Positions 20,906-31,009 of a stretch of 64,000 bases of DNA are shown in pieces. The notes beneath the pieces were generated by a model. The model worked only from the letters and a program-made list of their open reading frames with translations, was not told the origin of the DNA and searched no databases. This DNA comes from an uncultured cyanobacterium. Lineage in GTDB: Bacteria; Cyanobacteriota; Cyanobacteriia; Cyanobacteriales; Microcystaceae. Position numbers and translations under genes: made by a program. Each line of letters starts with the position of its first letter. The first letter of the stretch is position 1. The stretch spans positions 1 to 64,000 of the forward strand of contig CAWEDJ010000093.1 in NCBI GenBank assembly GCA_963807635.1. The letters run 5' to 3'.

Positions 20906-23900
20906 TTGTGCGATCGCCCGCTCCGTCTTAACTCTATTCAAGGATGGCCCGCTATGAATCCCCTTAATCTTTCCCTCCAATCCATTACCGACGCTGGAAT
21001 CAATCTCGATCTAGCGGATCGGGACTCATTACAAAACCTCGTTGCTTCCGTTTCTTCAGACATAAGGAACAATTCCTTTAGCGCGATCGCCGATAAACCT
21101 AGAGATTCTGGGTTAAATCCTAACACGACATCTTCTCAAAACGTCAATCCCAAAAGCACCGAATTTCCTGTTTATCATCTCGAAAATTTTAATCCCCTTT
21201 TCTTCTCAAGCCTGGGCTATTCTCGTCCTAAAATAACCATTCCCCAAGAATTAACCGTAACAGAGCCATTGAGCAATCCGTCATCCCCTCCTAAAACCAA
21301 CGCCAATGTCTTACCAAATTTCCCTAAAATTTTCAATAACTTCCCCTCCAATCCCAACAAAAACGAACCTGATTCCGACATTTTTCCAGGAGTTGATCCC
21401 CAGCAAATCCAACTCACCAATAGCACTCCTTCCGTTTCCCTGGCCCTCAGCAGTTTAAGCAATACTTTTTTACTCCACAGTAACCCCTTCGCCACAAAAA
21501 CCATTTATCTCGACTTTGACGGACATATCCTCCCCGCAGGTAGCGCCTGGGCCAATGGTTACAATGGCGGCAATGCGATTAATGCCCCTGCCTGGAGCCT
21601 AGATGCAGACCTAACAACCTTTAGCGATGCAGAACGTTCCATCATCCAAGGAATTTGGCAACGAGTAGCCGAAGATTTTGCCCCCTTTGACGTAGATGTA
21701 ACCACTGATTATCGAGGGGAAGATTATATTACCCGTAGTAGTAGCAGCGATCAGGTCTATGGAACCAGAGCTTTAATTAGTCCCATTGGTAGTTATTTTG
21801 GTGGTGGTGGCATTGCCTATGTCGGCGTGTTTAACTATGTTGGTGATAATTATAAACCTGCTCTCATTTTTCCTGAAAACTTAGGGCCAAACAACGAAAA
21901 ATATATTGCTGAAGCGGTAACCCATGAAGTAGGACACAATCTGGGACTGAATCACGATGGAACATCTACAACAGGATACTATCAGGGTCAAGGTTCAGGG
22001 GCAACGGGTTGGGGGCCAATTATGGGGGTCGGTTATTATCAACCATTAACCCAATGGAGCAAGGGAGAATATGCAGATGCGAATAATAAAGAAGATGACC
22101 TGAGTATCATTACTACTAATAATGGTTTCGGTTATCGTGCTGATGAAGCGGGCAATACGGCTGTAGCGGCGGGTAATTTGGGAATTCTGGGTGTAAACGC
22201 AAATAATACTAGCCTCAGTGATATTAATCAGTTCGCCATTATTCAGCAAACCACAGATCAGGATTGGTTCAAATTTACCACAGGCAATGGATCAATTAAT
22301 TTAACCATTCAGGCCATTAGCCAAGCTTTTATTAACAATGGCGGTACTTTTTCGACCCAATACCTAACACCCGCCAGTGGCATTACTAATCTAGACATTT
22401 GGGCAGGAATTTACGGAACCGACGGGACGACCTTGATTGCTCAATCGAATCCTGTAGATCTGCTCTCGGTGAATTTTACTAATCTTTTTCTCAATGCTGG
22501 GACGTATTACTTGGCCATTGATGGAATAGGAAAAGGAGATCCCCTCACAACGGGCTATTCGGACTATGGCAGTTTAGGACAATATTCCATTAGCGGAACC
22601 ATCGTAACACCCGTCACCACCGCAGGGATTTCTGTGAACCCCGTCTCTGGATTAACCACAACGGAATCAGGGGGAACGGCAACATTTTCAGTTGTTCTAA
22701 ACATTGCTCCGACTGCCGATGTGTTGATTAGCGTGAGTAGTAGTAATACTAACGAAGGAACTGTTAATGTCTCGAACTTGACTTTCACCAGCGCGAACTG
22801 GAATATCGCCCAAACCGTCACCGTCACAGGGGTTGATGATTTATTAATTGACGGAAATCAAACCTATAGCATTGTTTTAGCTCCTGCAACTTCCAGCGAT
22901 GCTAACTACAACGGACTGAATCCTAATGATGTGACAGTTATTAATAATGACAATGATCTCCCTCTGATTAACATTACAACCAGTCCCCAAACCGTTGTCG
23001 AAGGTTTCGTCACATCCCAAGTCTATACAGTCACCTTAAATACGGCCAGTACCCAAAGTATTACCGTTCAATATGCCACCAGTAACGGAACGGCGACATC
23101 AGGTTCAGACTATACCAGTACAACGGGAACCCTGACGTTTAATGCGGGGGTCACGACTCAAACCATCACCATTCCCATCCTCAATGATTCTGTCAATGAA
23201 GCAGATGAAACCTTTTCTCTCACCCTTTCTAATCCGACGAACGCCCTTCTAGGTATTACCAAATCCGTCACGACCACGATCACGGATACCTTGACTGCAT
23301 CTGTAACCACAACTCTTTCTGCTAACGTGGAAAACCTCACCCTCACAGGAACGGCGGCGATCGATGGAACAGGTAATACAGCCGCCAATGTCATCACGGG
23401 TAACAGTGGTAACAATGTACTAAAAGGTGGGGGCGGTCTGGATGTTCTTACAGGGATGGGTGGCAATGACACCTTTGACTTAACGGGCATTATTGTCGCA
23501 GCCAATCGTGATACCATCACTGACTTCTTGACAGGGGACGTGGTTCGTCTTTCCGATAATTTGACAACCCGTACTGGTACTGGTACACCTGTTTTTGCCA
23601 ATGTAGCTCAATCGTCCTCTGTTACCTTAAATGTATCGGCGGCGGATGTCTTTGTCTTTAATTTTGATAACACCGAAGCTGGCGTTGATTTAGGCAGTGC
23701 TACAGACGGAAGTATGCTTTTGGATGGGCTATCCAATGGAACGACAAAAGCTACTGATGTGGCTAAACTTTCCACGAGTGCTAATGCTGGTCAGGGCTAT
23801 ATTCTGGCTTATGATAACAGCAATGCCTATCTTTATTATTTCAATGCGGGCAACAAAAATTCTACAGTTGACGCTAGTGAAATCAACTTAATGGGTATTT

Positions 23901-23962
23901 TCGACAGTACAAACGCGATCGCGGTTAGTTCCTTAGTTAATACCAACTTTGTCATGTTTTAA
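20906..23962 (+). CDS. Large secreted zinc metalloprotease (metzincin) with PPC, Calx-beta and RTX-like repeats
   Basis: IYLDFDGH, HEVGHNLGLNH and Met-turn PIMG; DQDWFKF (PPC); GTATSGSDY and NDSVNEADETF (Calx-beta); GGGGLDVLTGMGGNDTF (RTX). Start codon uncertain. Confidence 0.85.
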   Translation: MCDRPLRLNSIQGWPAMNPLNLSLQSITDAGINLDLADRDSLQNLVASVSSDIRNNSFSAIADKPRDSGLNPNTTSSQNVNPKSTEFPVYHLENFNPLFFSSLGYSRPKITIPQELTVTEPLSNPSSPPKTNANVLPNFPKIFNNFPSNPNKNEPDSDIFPGVDPQQIQLTNSTPSVSLALSSLSNTFLLHSNPFATKTIYLDFDGHILPAGSAWANGYNGGNAINAPAWSLDADLTTFSDAERSIIQGIWQRVAEDFAPFDVDVTTDYRGEDYITRSSSSDQVYGTRALISPIGSYFGGGGIAYVGVFNYVGDNYKPALIFPENLGPNNEKYIAEAVTHEVGHNLGLNHDGTSTTGYYQGQGSGATGWGPIMGVGYYQPLTQWSKGEYADANNKEDDLSIITTNNGFGYRADEAGNTAVAAGNLGILGVNANNTSLSDINQFAIIQQTTDQDWFKFTTGNGSINLTIQAISQAFINNGGTFSTQYLTPASGITNLDIWAGIYGTDGTTLIAQSNPVDLLSVNFTNLFLNAGTYYLAIDGIGKGDPLTTGYSDYGSLGQYSISGTIVTPVTTAGISVNPVSGLTTTESGGTATFSVVLNIAPTADVLISVSSSNTNEGTVNVSNLTFTSANWNIAQTVTVTGVDDLLIDGNQTYSIVLAPATSSDANYNGLNPNDVTVINNDNDLPLINITTSPQTVVEGFVTSQVYTVTLNTASTQSITVQYATSNGTATSGSDYTSTTGTLTFNAGVTTQTITIPILNDSVNEADETFSLTLSNPTNALLGITKSVTTTITDTLTASVTTTLSANVENLTLTGTAAIDGTGNTAANVITGNSGNNVLKGGGGLDVLTGMGGNDTFDLTGIIVAANRDTITDFLTGDVVRLSDNLTTRTGTGTPVFANVAQSSSVTLNVSAADVFVFNFDNTEAGVDLGSATDGSMLLDGLSNGTTKATDVAKLSTSANAGQGYILAYDNSNAYLYYFNAGNKNSTVDASEINLMGIFDSTNAIAVSSLVNTNFVMF

Positions 23963-24072
23963 GTTGGATTGCTATAAACTGTAGGGACATAATAGATAAT
24001 TTTCTTAATATTATGTCCTAATCAGTATTCTGTTGTTTATCCGTGAATAATAAACTTTCAAAATAGCTTGTC

Positions 24073-24312
24073 TTACCAAACAGGATCGGAATAAATCGTA
24101 ATTGTTACCGAGTCTATTCCCGAAGGAATGCCACTAATACAGGCACAAATGGGATTATCTTCTTCTATTTCCACTTCACAGGCATGACAAGACCCCATCA
24201 AACAGCCTGTTGGAATCAATAAACCCGCTCGTTCTGCTACATCCAAAATCAACTCTCCAGGTTCGGCTTGAACGGTAATTTCATCAGGTAAAAAAAGAAC
24301 ATTAACACTCAT
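24073..24312 (-). CDS. Small 2Fe-2S ferredoxin-like protein
   Basis: IPTGCLMGSCHACEV...ICACI. Confidence 0.88.
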   Translation of the reverse strand: MSVNVLFLPDEITVQAEPGELILDVAERAGLLIPTGCLMGSCHACEVEIEEDNPICACISGIPSGIDSVTITIYSDPVW

Positions 24313-25802
24313 TCTTTGTCCTCATTTATTATTGCTAAAATAGGGGTTAAATCGACGTATTGATCAACGAGATCAGCAACACTATCAAACATCGCTTCTC
24401 GTTGTTCTTGATAATTGGGAATTCCTGTGGGTAATGTTGCTAGTCCTCGACGTTTACGGAGAAAGTTTAACCAGGATCGGCGCCAAGGGCCATTATCAAA
24501 AATACCATGCAAATAAACTCCCCAGATGGATTGATTTTTTTTGACCATTCCTAAATCTGCATCTTCAAAAATTGGTTGGAAATTTCCTGGGGTAAAGTTC
24601 AGAAGTTTACTGACTCCTTGATGAATTTCGTATCCGAAAACGGGTAAGCCGATCTGGGGAAAACAGGAGATAGATTGACGTTGTTGCGTAATTTTTTGGG
24701 AAGTTATAATTGTTTTTATCGGTAAAAGATTTAAGCCCCGATAACTATCTTCTTTCCCTTCATAATGATCGGGATCATTAACGACTTTTCCTAACATTTG
24801 GTAACCACCACAAACTCCAAAGATGACCCCTCCTGCTTTAGCGTATTCTTTTAATTGTTCTCCCATACCGCTTTGGTGCAGTTCGATTAAATCAGCAATC
24901 GTTGTTTTGCTCCCAGGAATAATAACCGCGTCAGGATAACCTAATGAGTCTTCTAATTTTACATATTTTAGCGTTACATTCGGCTCGGCTTCTAGGGGGT
25001 CAAAATCATTAAAATTGGCGATACGGGATAGACGTAAAATGGCAATCTTTAAATCCGTTGGACTTGATGGAGCGCGACGGTCTAATAAGCTCAGGGAATC
25101 CTCGGCGGGAAATAATAAATCTGACCAGGGAATTACTCCTAGTACGGGAATGCCCGTATAATTTTCTAACCATTCAATACCCGAATCCAAGAGCGATCGC
25201 TGTCCCCGAAATTTATTAATCACAACGCCCTTAATTAACGCTCGTTCCTCTGGTTCCAATAACGCCAAGGTTCCCACTACATGGGCAAACGCACCGCCGC
25301 GATCGATATCTACCACCAAAATTGTCGCCGCATTGAGATATTTCGCCACTCGCATATTGGTCAAATCTCGATGTTTGAGATTAATTTCGGCGGGACTGCC
25401 TGCTCCTTCACAGACAACGACATTAAAATCCTGTTCTAAACGTTTTAAAGATTCGGCGATCGCCTGCCAACCCCGTTCAAAATATTTTTCATAATATTCA
25501 GCCGCTCCCGTCACTCCGATCGCTTCACCATTCATAATGACCTGGGAAGTCATATTACCCTGGGGTTTAAGCAAAACAGGATTCATTTCCACCCTGGGAG
25601 TGGTTCCCGCAGACCAGGCCTGCACCGCCTGGGCATGACCAATTTCTCCGCCTTGAGCAGTGACATAGGCATTGAGAGCCATATTTTGCCCTTTAAAAGG
25701 AGTTACCAGCCAACCTTTACGCTTTAGAATGCGACAAATTGCCGTCGTCAGAAAGGATTTCCCCGCATGGGAAGTCGTCCCCACCACCATCACTGCTTTC
25801 AT
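24309..25802 (-). CDS. cobQ: Cobyric acid synthase
   Basis: GTTSHAGKS, PFKGQNMALN, EGAGSPAEINL, GVCGGYQMLG and YLHGIF. Confidence 0.96.
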   Translation of the reverse strand: MKAVMVVGTTSHAGKSFLTTAICRILKRKGWLVTPFKGQNMALNAYVTAQGGEIGHAQAVQAWSAGTTPRVEMNPVLLKPQGNMTSQVIMNGEAIGVTGAAEYYEKYFERGWQAIAESLKRLEQDFNVVVCEGAGSPAEINLKHRDLTNMRVAKYLNAATILVVDIDRGGAFAHVVGTLALLEPEERALIKGVVINKFRGQRSLLDSGIEWLENYTGIPVLGVIPWSDLLFPAEDSLSLLDRRAPSSPTDLKIAILRLSRIANFNDFDPLEAEPNVTLKYVKLEDSLGYPDAVIIPGSKTTIADLIELHQSGMGEQLKEYAKAGGVIFGVCGGYQMLGKVVNDPDHYEGKEDSYRGLNLLPIKTIITSQKITQQRQSISCFPQIGLPVFGYEIHQGVSKLLNFTPGNFQPIFEDADLGMVKKNQSIWGVYLHGIFDNGPWRRSWLNFLRKRRGLATLPTGIPNYQEQREAMFDSVADLVDQYVDLTPILAIINEDKE

Positions 25803-25856
25803 AAGATTTTTCCAATCCACTCAACGAATTAAACACGATCAATCACTCAGCTCAAG

Positions 25857-26270
25857 CTAAAGAGCCCAAGAAAACCAACGCCGACATCGATTGATTAATC
25901 GTTGTCCCAAAGTAATCTTTTTCCACAGTGGCCCTTGATTTTCCCATTGCTCTACTAAATATTTGCCCAAAGGCGTTAACCGAAAACTATCAGTAATACC
26001 CTGGCCATCCACTTCTCGGCGGAGTAGTCCCACCTGAATTAGCCAAGTCAACTCCACTTCGACTCGTCTTTCAGACAGAAATTTTTCCGTGTAACCCTCC
26101 ATGAGTCCACTTTCGTTGGCAATTAAAGGTAATGGCACACTCCCCAAACGCATAGCAACAAATAAAACTAAGCAGAAGGGAGAATCCTTGAAAGCTAACT
26201 CTGCTCGCCGCAAGGTTTTAATCGGATAATCAATTTTTGGAGATTGCTGTGATAAAACAGTTGTTTTCAT
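25857..26270 (-). CDS. Conserved cyanobacterial protein (Npun_F0494-like)
   Basis: WLIQVGLLRREVDGQGITDSFRLTPLG motif, upstream of cobQ. Confidence 0.75.
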   Translation of the reverse strand: MKTTVLSQQSPKIDYPIKTLRRAELAFKDSPFCLVLFVAMRLGSVPLPLIANESGLMEGYTEKFLSERRVEVELTWLIQVGLLRREVDGQGITDSFRLTPLGKYLVEQWENQGPLWKKITLGQRLINRCRRWFSWAL

Positions 26271-26389
26271 AAAATACTCAATTAAGTTGCTCTGGCTCTT
26301 TACTATGGTAGAGGTCAGCAAGGATCTGCTTCTTGGTTCCGTATTAACCCTCAGAAGATTCCCCCCGCCTCACTCTATTCTCTCAGATT

Positions 26390-26723
26390 CTTTGTAATAT
26401 TTCGTTACAAAAAAGCAGGAAAAATTTTAACAAGATGTAACAAACAGATGGCCGCTTGACGTTGTATAAAAGATACAGAAGGGTTATTACAGAAGAAACA
26501 AGATTTTATTATTATGTTTTTCAGCCCCTTTAAGTTTATGAGATAAACTCAGAACCCTTCTCAGATTTCGTTAATGTTAAATTGAGAAATCAGAGAAAAT
26601 ACTGAAATTAAAAGTTTATCCAAAAACCGTATTGGTGATTAAGGTGACTTAATTAACCCCCTAGCGATAGGGAAATTCTTTTAAATTCCGACTCAAACAT
26701 AAGTCAATTAGGAGATTAATTCA
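26390..26723 (+). promoter_or_regulatory. cpc operon promoter and long leader
   Basis: CAAGATGTAACA and GTTGTATAAA blocks, and the RBS region TAGGAGATTAATTCA, resemble the Synechocystis cpcB promoter as recalled. Confidence 0.7.
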
Positions 26724-27245
26724 ATGGCTTTCGACGTATTCACACGGGTTGTATCCCAAGCTGATGCTCGCGGCGAGTATCTTTCCAATTCTCAATTAGA
26801 TGCTCTCAGTTCAACTGTTGCTGACGGTTTGAAACGTATTGATTGCGTTAACCGTATCACAGGTAGTGCTTCTGCGATCGTTGCCAATGCTGGTCGTGCT
26901 TTATTTGCAGAACAGCCCCAACTCATCCAACCCGGTGGAAACGCCTACACTCATCGTCGTATGGCTGCTTGTTTACGTGACATGGAAATCATCCTCCGTT
27001 ATGTGACCTATGCAACCTTTACGGGTGACGCTTCCATCCTCGAAGATCGTTGCTTAAATGGTCTCCGCGAAACCTATGTTGCTTTAGGTGTTCCTGGTGC
27101 TTCCGTTGCGGCTGGCGTACAAAAAATGAAAGAGGCTTCCTTGGCGATCGTTAACGATACCAACGGAATTACTCGTGGTGATTGCAGTGCATTAGTTGCT
27201 GAAATTGCTGGTTACTTTGACCGCGCGGCTGCTGCTGTTGCTTAA
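26724..27245 (+). CDS. cpcB: C-phycocyanin beta subunit
   Basis: [31 protein letters not shown] and GDCSAL. Confidence 0.98.
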   Translation: MAFDVFTRVVSQADARGEYLSNSQLDALSSTVADGLKRIDCVNRITGSASAIVANAGRALFAEQPQLIQPGGNAYTHRRMAACLRDMEIILRYVTYATFTGDASILEDRCLNGLRETYVALGVPGASVAAGVQKMKEASLAIVNDTNGITRGDCSALVAEIAGYFDRAAAAVA

Positions 27246-27336
27246 TTTTTGCCCTGAATGCTGGCAAGAAAGAGTGATTATCACTTTAGAAGATATCTAG
27301 GAAACTTTTGCAAAATAATTGGGAGATACCAGAAAA

Positions 27337-27828
27337 ATGTCTAAGACCCCTTTAACCGAAGCCGTCGCCACTGCTGATTCTCAAGGACGTTTCTTGAGCA
27401 GCACCGAACTCCAAATTGCGTTTGGTCGTTTACGCCAAGCAAATTCTGGATTACAAGCGGCGAAAGCGTTAACCGCTAATGCTGATAGCCTGGTCAAAGG
27501 CGCAGCTCAAGCTGTTTATAACAAATTCCCTTATACCACCCAAACGGCTGGTGCAAACTATGCCCAAGACCAACGGGGTAAGGACAAATGTGCTCGTGAC
27601 ATCGGCTACTACCTACGGATCATTACCTATAGCTTGGTTGCTGGTGGTACAGGCCCCTTAGATGAGTACCTGATCGCTGGTTTAGACGAAGTGAACCGTA
27701 CTTTTGAATTATCTCCTAGCTGGTACGTGGAAGCTCTGAAATATATCAAAGCGAATCATGGTTTGACGGGTGATGGTGCTAGTGAAGCGAATTCCTACAT
27801 CGACTATGCCATCAATGCTTTGAGCTAG
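27337..27828 (+). CDS. cpcA: C-phycocyanin alpha subunit
   Basis: [29 protein letters not shown] and PSWYVEAL. Confidence 0.98.
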   Translation: MSKTPLTEAVATADSQGRFLSSTELQIAFGRLRQANSGLQAAKALTANADSLVKGAAQAVYNKFPYTTQTAGANYAQDQRGKDKCARDIGYYLRIITYSLVAGGTGPLDEYLIAGLDEVNRTFELSPSWYVEALKYIKANHGLTGDGASEANSYIDYAINALS

Positions 27829-27851
27829 TCATCTAGGTTTAAGTTACTCGT

Positions 27852-27910
27852 GACCTGGAAAGGCTGGGGGCTGTTGGCAATTTGTTAACAATCTTCCGTT
27901 TTTCCAGGTC
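27852..27910 (+). terminator. Stem-loop after cpcA (partial terminator or mRNA-stabilising hairpin)
   Basis: GACCTGGAAA ... TTTCCAGGTC inverted repeat. Confidence 0.65.
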
Positions 27911-27949
27911 TTGCTATATCTATACAGCGTTCAGCAGTCGGAGGTCTAA

Positions 27950-28771
27950 ATGACAAGTTTAGTTTCAGCCCAACGTTTGGGTATTTCTGCATTTGAAGAT
28001 GAATCTCCCTTAGAACTCCGTGGCAATCGGACGGAAGGTGAGGTTGAGGCAGTTATTCGTGCTGTCTATCGTCATGTCTTGGGTAACGATCATTTGATGA
28101 AATGGGAACGTTTGGTCAGTATGGAGTCGTTGCTGCGGGGTGGCGAAATTTCGGTTAAGGATTTTGTGCGGGGTGTGGCTCTTTCTGAGCTTTACCGAGA
28201 TAAATTTTTTAATGCGAATCCTCAAAACCGATTCATCGAACTAAACTATAAACATTTATTAGGTCGCGCTCCCTACGATCAAACAGAGATTGCCTACCAT
28301 ACTGATCTTTATACCGAAGAAGGGTATGAAGCAGAAATCAATTCCTATATTGATTCACCAGAGTATGAAGAAAGCTTTGGGGACTCGATTGTTCCTTATT
28401 ATCGCGGTTTTTCGACCCAACGGGGCCAGAAGACTGTCGGTTTTAGCCGTTTGTTCCAATTGTATCGGGGCTATGCTAACAGCGATCGCGCTCAAGGTAG
28501 TGGCAATCGAGCAAAATTAACACGGGAATTGGCTCAAAACTCGGCTTCTCCCGTTTATATTGGCTCAACGGGCGAAAGTCTGCGGGGAAATTCGGCGGGC
28601 GATCGCGAAAAATTTTATCGTATTCGAGTCACTCAAGGGGCGGCGATCGGGCAAAAAAACCGTGTTCGTCGTAGCAATGCCGAATATTTGGTTGCCTACG
28701 AGCAATTGTCGAATAAATTGCAACAAATCAATCGTCAGGGCGGTGTGATCACCAGCATTACCCAGGCTTAA
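27950..28771 (+). CDS. cpcC2: Phycocyanin rod linker (CpcC2-type)
   Basis: [24 protein letters not shown] linker domain and a CpcD-like C-terminus. Confidence 0.9.
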   Translation: MTSLVSAQRLGISAFEDESPLELRGNRTEGEVEAVIRAVYRHVLGNDHLMKWERLVSMESLLRGGEISVKDFVRGVALSELYRDKFFNANPQNRFIELNYKHLLGRAPYDQTEIAYHTDLYTEEGYEAEINSYIDSPEYEESFGDSIVPYYRGFSTQRGQKTVGFSRLFQLYRGYANSDRAQGSGNRAKLTRELAQNSASPVYIGSTGESLRGNSAGDREKFYRIRVTQGAAIGQKNRVRRSNAEYLVAYEQLSNKLQQINRQGGVITSITQA

Positions 28772-28809
28772 ATTCAGATTAAACAAAAACCGATAAAGGA
28801 GATTAATCA

Positions 28810-29688
28810 GTGGGAATTACAGTAGCAGCATCCCGACTGGGAGTTTCAGCATTCAATGATGCGTCTCCCGTTGAACTCCGTAACGATTGGACACTAGATG
28901 ACGCAAATGTTGTCATTCGTGCAGTCTATCGTCAAGTGTTGGGTAATGATTATGTGATGGAATCAGAGCGGCTCAAAGGTGCAGAATCTTTGCTGAAAAA
29001 TGGTTCTATCAGTGTGCGTGAGTTTGTCCGTACTGTGGCAAAATCTGAGCTTTATAAGCAAAAGTTTTTCTACAATAATTTTCAAACCCGCGTGATTGAA
29101 CTGAATTATAAGCATTTACTCGGACGCGCTCCTTTTGAGGAAGCAGAGGTTGTCTATCATTTAGACCTTTATGAAAATGAGGGTTTTGATGCTGAAATTG
29201 ATTCCTATATCGATTCTGTCGAATATCAGGAAAATTTCGGGGACAATATTGTTCCTTACTATCGCATTAACAACCAAGTTGGTGACAGAACCGTTGGTTT
29301 TACCCGCTTTTTCCGTCTCTATCGGGGTTATGCCAACAGCGATCGCTCTCAATTAGAACGGAATAATACCCGTTTAGCGACTGAATTAGGACAAAATAGT
29401 GCTTCAGCGATCATTGGCCCCAGTGGTGCGAATGCGGGTTGGGCCTATCGTCCTTCCAAGGCAGGTAACACACCGATGAAGGCTCTGGGTGGTTCCACGC
29501 CCTATGGTACGGAGGCAGGTAAACTGTTTCGGGTTGAGATTGCGGCGATGAAAGCAATGGGTTATCCCAAGGTACGTCGTAGCAATAAAGCAGTCATTGT
29601 TCCTTACGAACAGTTGAACAACACCCTCCAACAGGTCTATAAAATGGGGGGTAAAGTGGCTAGTATTACCCCTGCTAGCATGAATTAA
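28810..29688 (+). CDS. cpcC1: Phycocyanin rod linker (CpcC1-type)
   Basis: [27 protein letters not shown] and [10 protein letters not shown]. Confidence 0.9.
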   Translation: MGITVAASRLGVSAFNDASPVELRNDWTLDDANVVIRAVYRQVLGNDYVMESERLKGAESLLKNGSISVREFVRTVAKSELYKQKFFYNNFQTRVIELNYKHLLGRAPFEEAEVVYHLDLYENEGFDAEIDSYIDSVEYQENFGDNIVPYYRINNQVGDRTVGFTRFFRLYRGYANSDRSQLERNNTRLATELGQNSASAIIGPSGANAGWAYRPSKAGNTPMKALGGSTPYGTEAGKLFRVEIAAMKAMGYPKVRRSNKAVIVPYEQLNNTLQQVYKMGGKVASITPASMN

Positions 29689-29798
29689 ATCGGAGAAAAA
29701 GGGAGAAGGGTTATCTGAATACTTTTTAATGAAGGTATTTTGAGAAACTTCATCCCTTTTTTATATCTGTCATCATTGAAATAGTTTAGGAGAAATTT

Positions 29799-30056
29799 AT
29801 GTTAGGTCAATCTGCCTTAGTGGGTGCAGCAAATAATGCGGCGGCGAGTCGTGTTTTTGTTTATGAAGTGAGTGGTTTACATCAAACCGTCGAAAACGAC
29901 AATAATAACTACGCTTTTCGTCAAAGTGGTAGCGTTTTTATTAAAGTTCCCTATGCTCGGATGAACGAAGAAATGCGTCGTATTACCCGTATGGGCGGCA
30001 AAATTGTTAATATTGGGACTTCTTTACCAGAGCCTATTTTACAATCTGAGGAATAG
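29799..30056 (+). CDS. cpcD: Rod-capping small linker
   Basis: SRVFVYEVSGL...VPYARMNEEMRRITRMGGKIV. Confidence 0.95.
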   Translation: MLGQSALVGAANNAAASRVFVYEVSGLHQTVENDNNNYAFRQSGSVFIKVPYARMNEEMRRITRMGGKIVNIGTSLPEPILQSEE

Positions 30057-30211
30057 TTTGATTTTATGGCAGTATTGCCAGGGTAGGATATTCCCGATGT
30101 CTATAAACAAGGGGTTTAAACCCCTTGCCCATGATCCCAAGCAAGAAAACGCTTAAATAGAGTTGAGTGTGATAATTTTAAAACATCACCAATGCAGTGT
30201 AATGGGAGTCC

Positions 30212-30940
30212 TTGGGATTCATGAATAGTCTTTCTCGCCTAAATCCAACATCAGACAAGGAGAAAAAATCTCGTTCGACTTGCTTTAATCTGATGGAGGT
30301 ATTTGTCAAACGAGAAATTTTTGCCCAACTTAAAAAATTACCTGTTAATACAGCAAGACACCTCCAGCCAGGAGAAATTGCGACTTATGCCCTAAATCGT
30401 TTACCGTCGCTCTATGCTTCGAGTGAAGAGGGCAAGGTTTACCAAATTCAGAAAGCACAAGAGTTTCAGGAACAAATTCGAGCCTGCGTTTTACAGGGAA
30501 TTGCGGCGGTATTGCGAGATCCTCTGCGTAAGGCGACTCCGCTTTCCATTACCCATCAAGATGTTTGTAGTGAAGCCTATTTGATCTTAATTTTCTTAGA
30601 AAGATTTGTTAAAAAACGAGGGGGATACTCTCAAAAATTAACGGTTGGTGAACTCGAAACCCAAGTTTTAGTGAGTCTAGATGATTATGATGTCGCCCTT
30701 GCTGAACTAGAGGATTTTTTGAAAAAAGAGGGATTATGTAATCAAACCTTGACCGCTCAAAATTTGGTTAATCTGGTTAAAAAAGCTCTGCGTAAATCTT
30801 CCCAATCTTCTTCTATTCATGCTCAAGAACATCAACTACTCAATGAGCGAGAATCAGAGATATTAGCCTATCACGGGGGAGAAAATGATGATGAACTCTC
30901 GGATTTTGCCTCCCATCTGCGAGATTGGTATAAGGATTAA
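30212..30940 (+). CDS. ComFB-domain protein
   Basis: NLMEVFV..EI, YALNRLPSLYASSEEG and VLRDPLR match the cyanobacterial ComFB family. Confidence 0.8.
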   Translation: MGFMNSLSRLNPTSDKEKKSRSTCFNLMEVFVKREIFAQLKKLPVNTARHLQPGEIATYALNRLPSLYASSEEGKVYQIQKAQEFQEQIRACVLQGIAAVLRDPLRKATPLSITHQDVCSEAYLILIFLERFVKKRGGYSQKLTVGELETQVLVSLDDYDVALAELEDFLKKEGLCNQTLTAQNLVNLVKKALRKSSQSSSIHAQEHQLLNERESEILAYHGGENDDELSDFASHLRDWYKD

Positions 30941-31009
30941 GTTTGATTTTTAAGAAAGAGAAGGGGCGCGTCGGTAGTAAAATAGAAAGGTTGTATTGAC
31001 CTATTAACC

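Larger units (their letters stand above)
13397..24020. repeat. Dispersed GTAG-type REP-like palindromes (13397-13419, 16899-16922, 19076-19102, 23981-24020)
   Basis: All are intergenic variants of GTAGGGACATAATATATTATGTCCCTAC. Confidence 0.8.

Noticed and set aside
13397..24020. Repeated ~28-bp palindromes as a CRISPR array
   Set aside because: They are dispersed kilobases apart, with no regular spacers and no cas genes.
16965..24020. Recombinase-bounded genomic island or prophage
   Set aside because: The neighbours are core genes (dprA, ferredoxin, lipA), and no att repeats, tRNA or phage genes were seen.
26391..26411. TTTGTAATATTTCGTTACAAA palindrome as an NtcA site
   Set aside because: The GTA-TAC spacing is 9, not 8. 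It may bind another factor but cannot be assigned.
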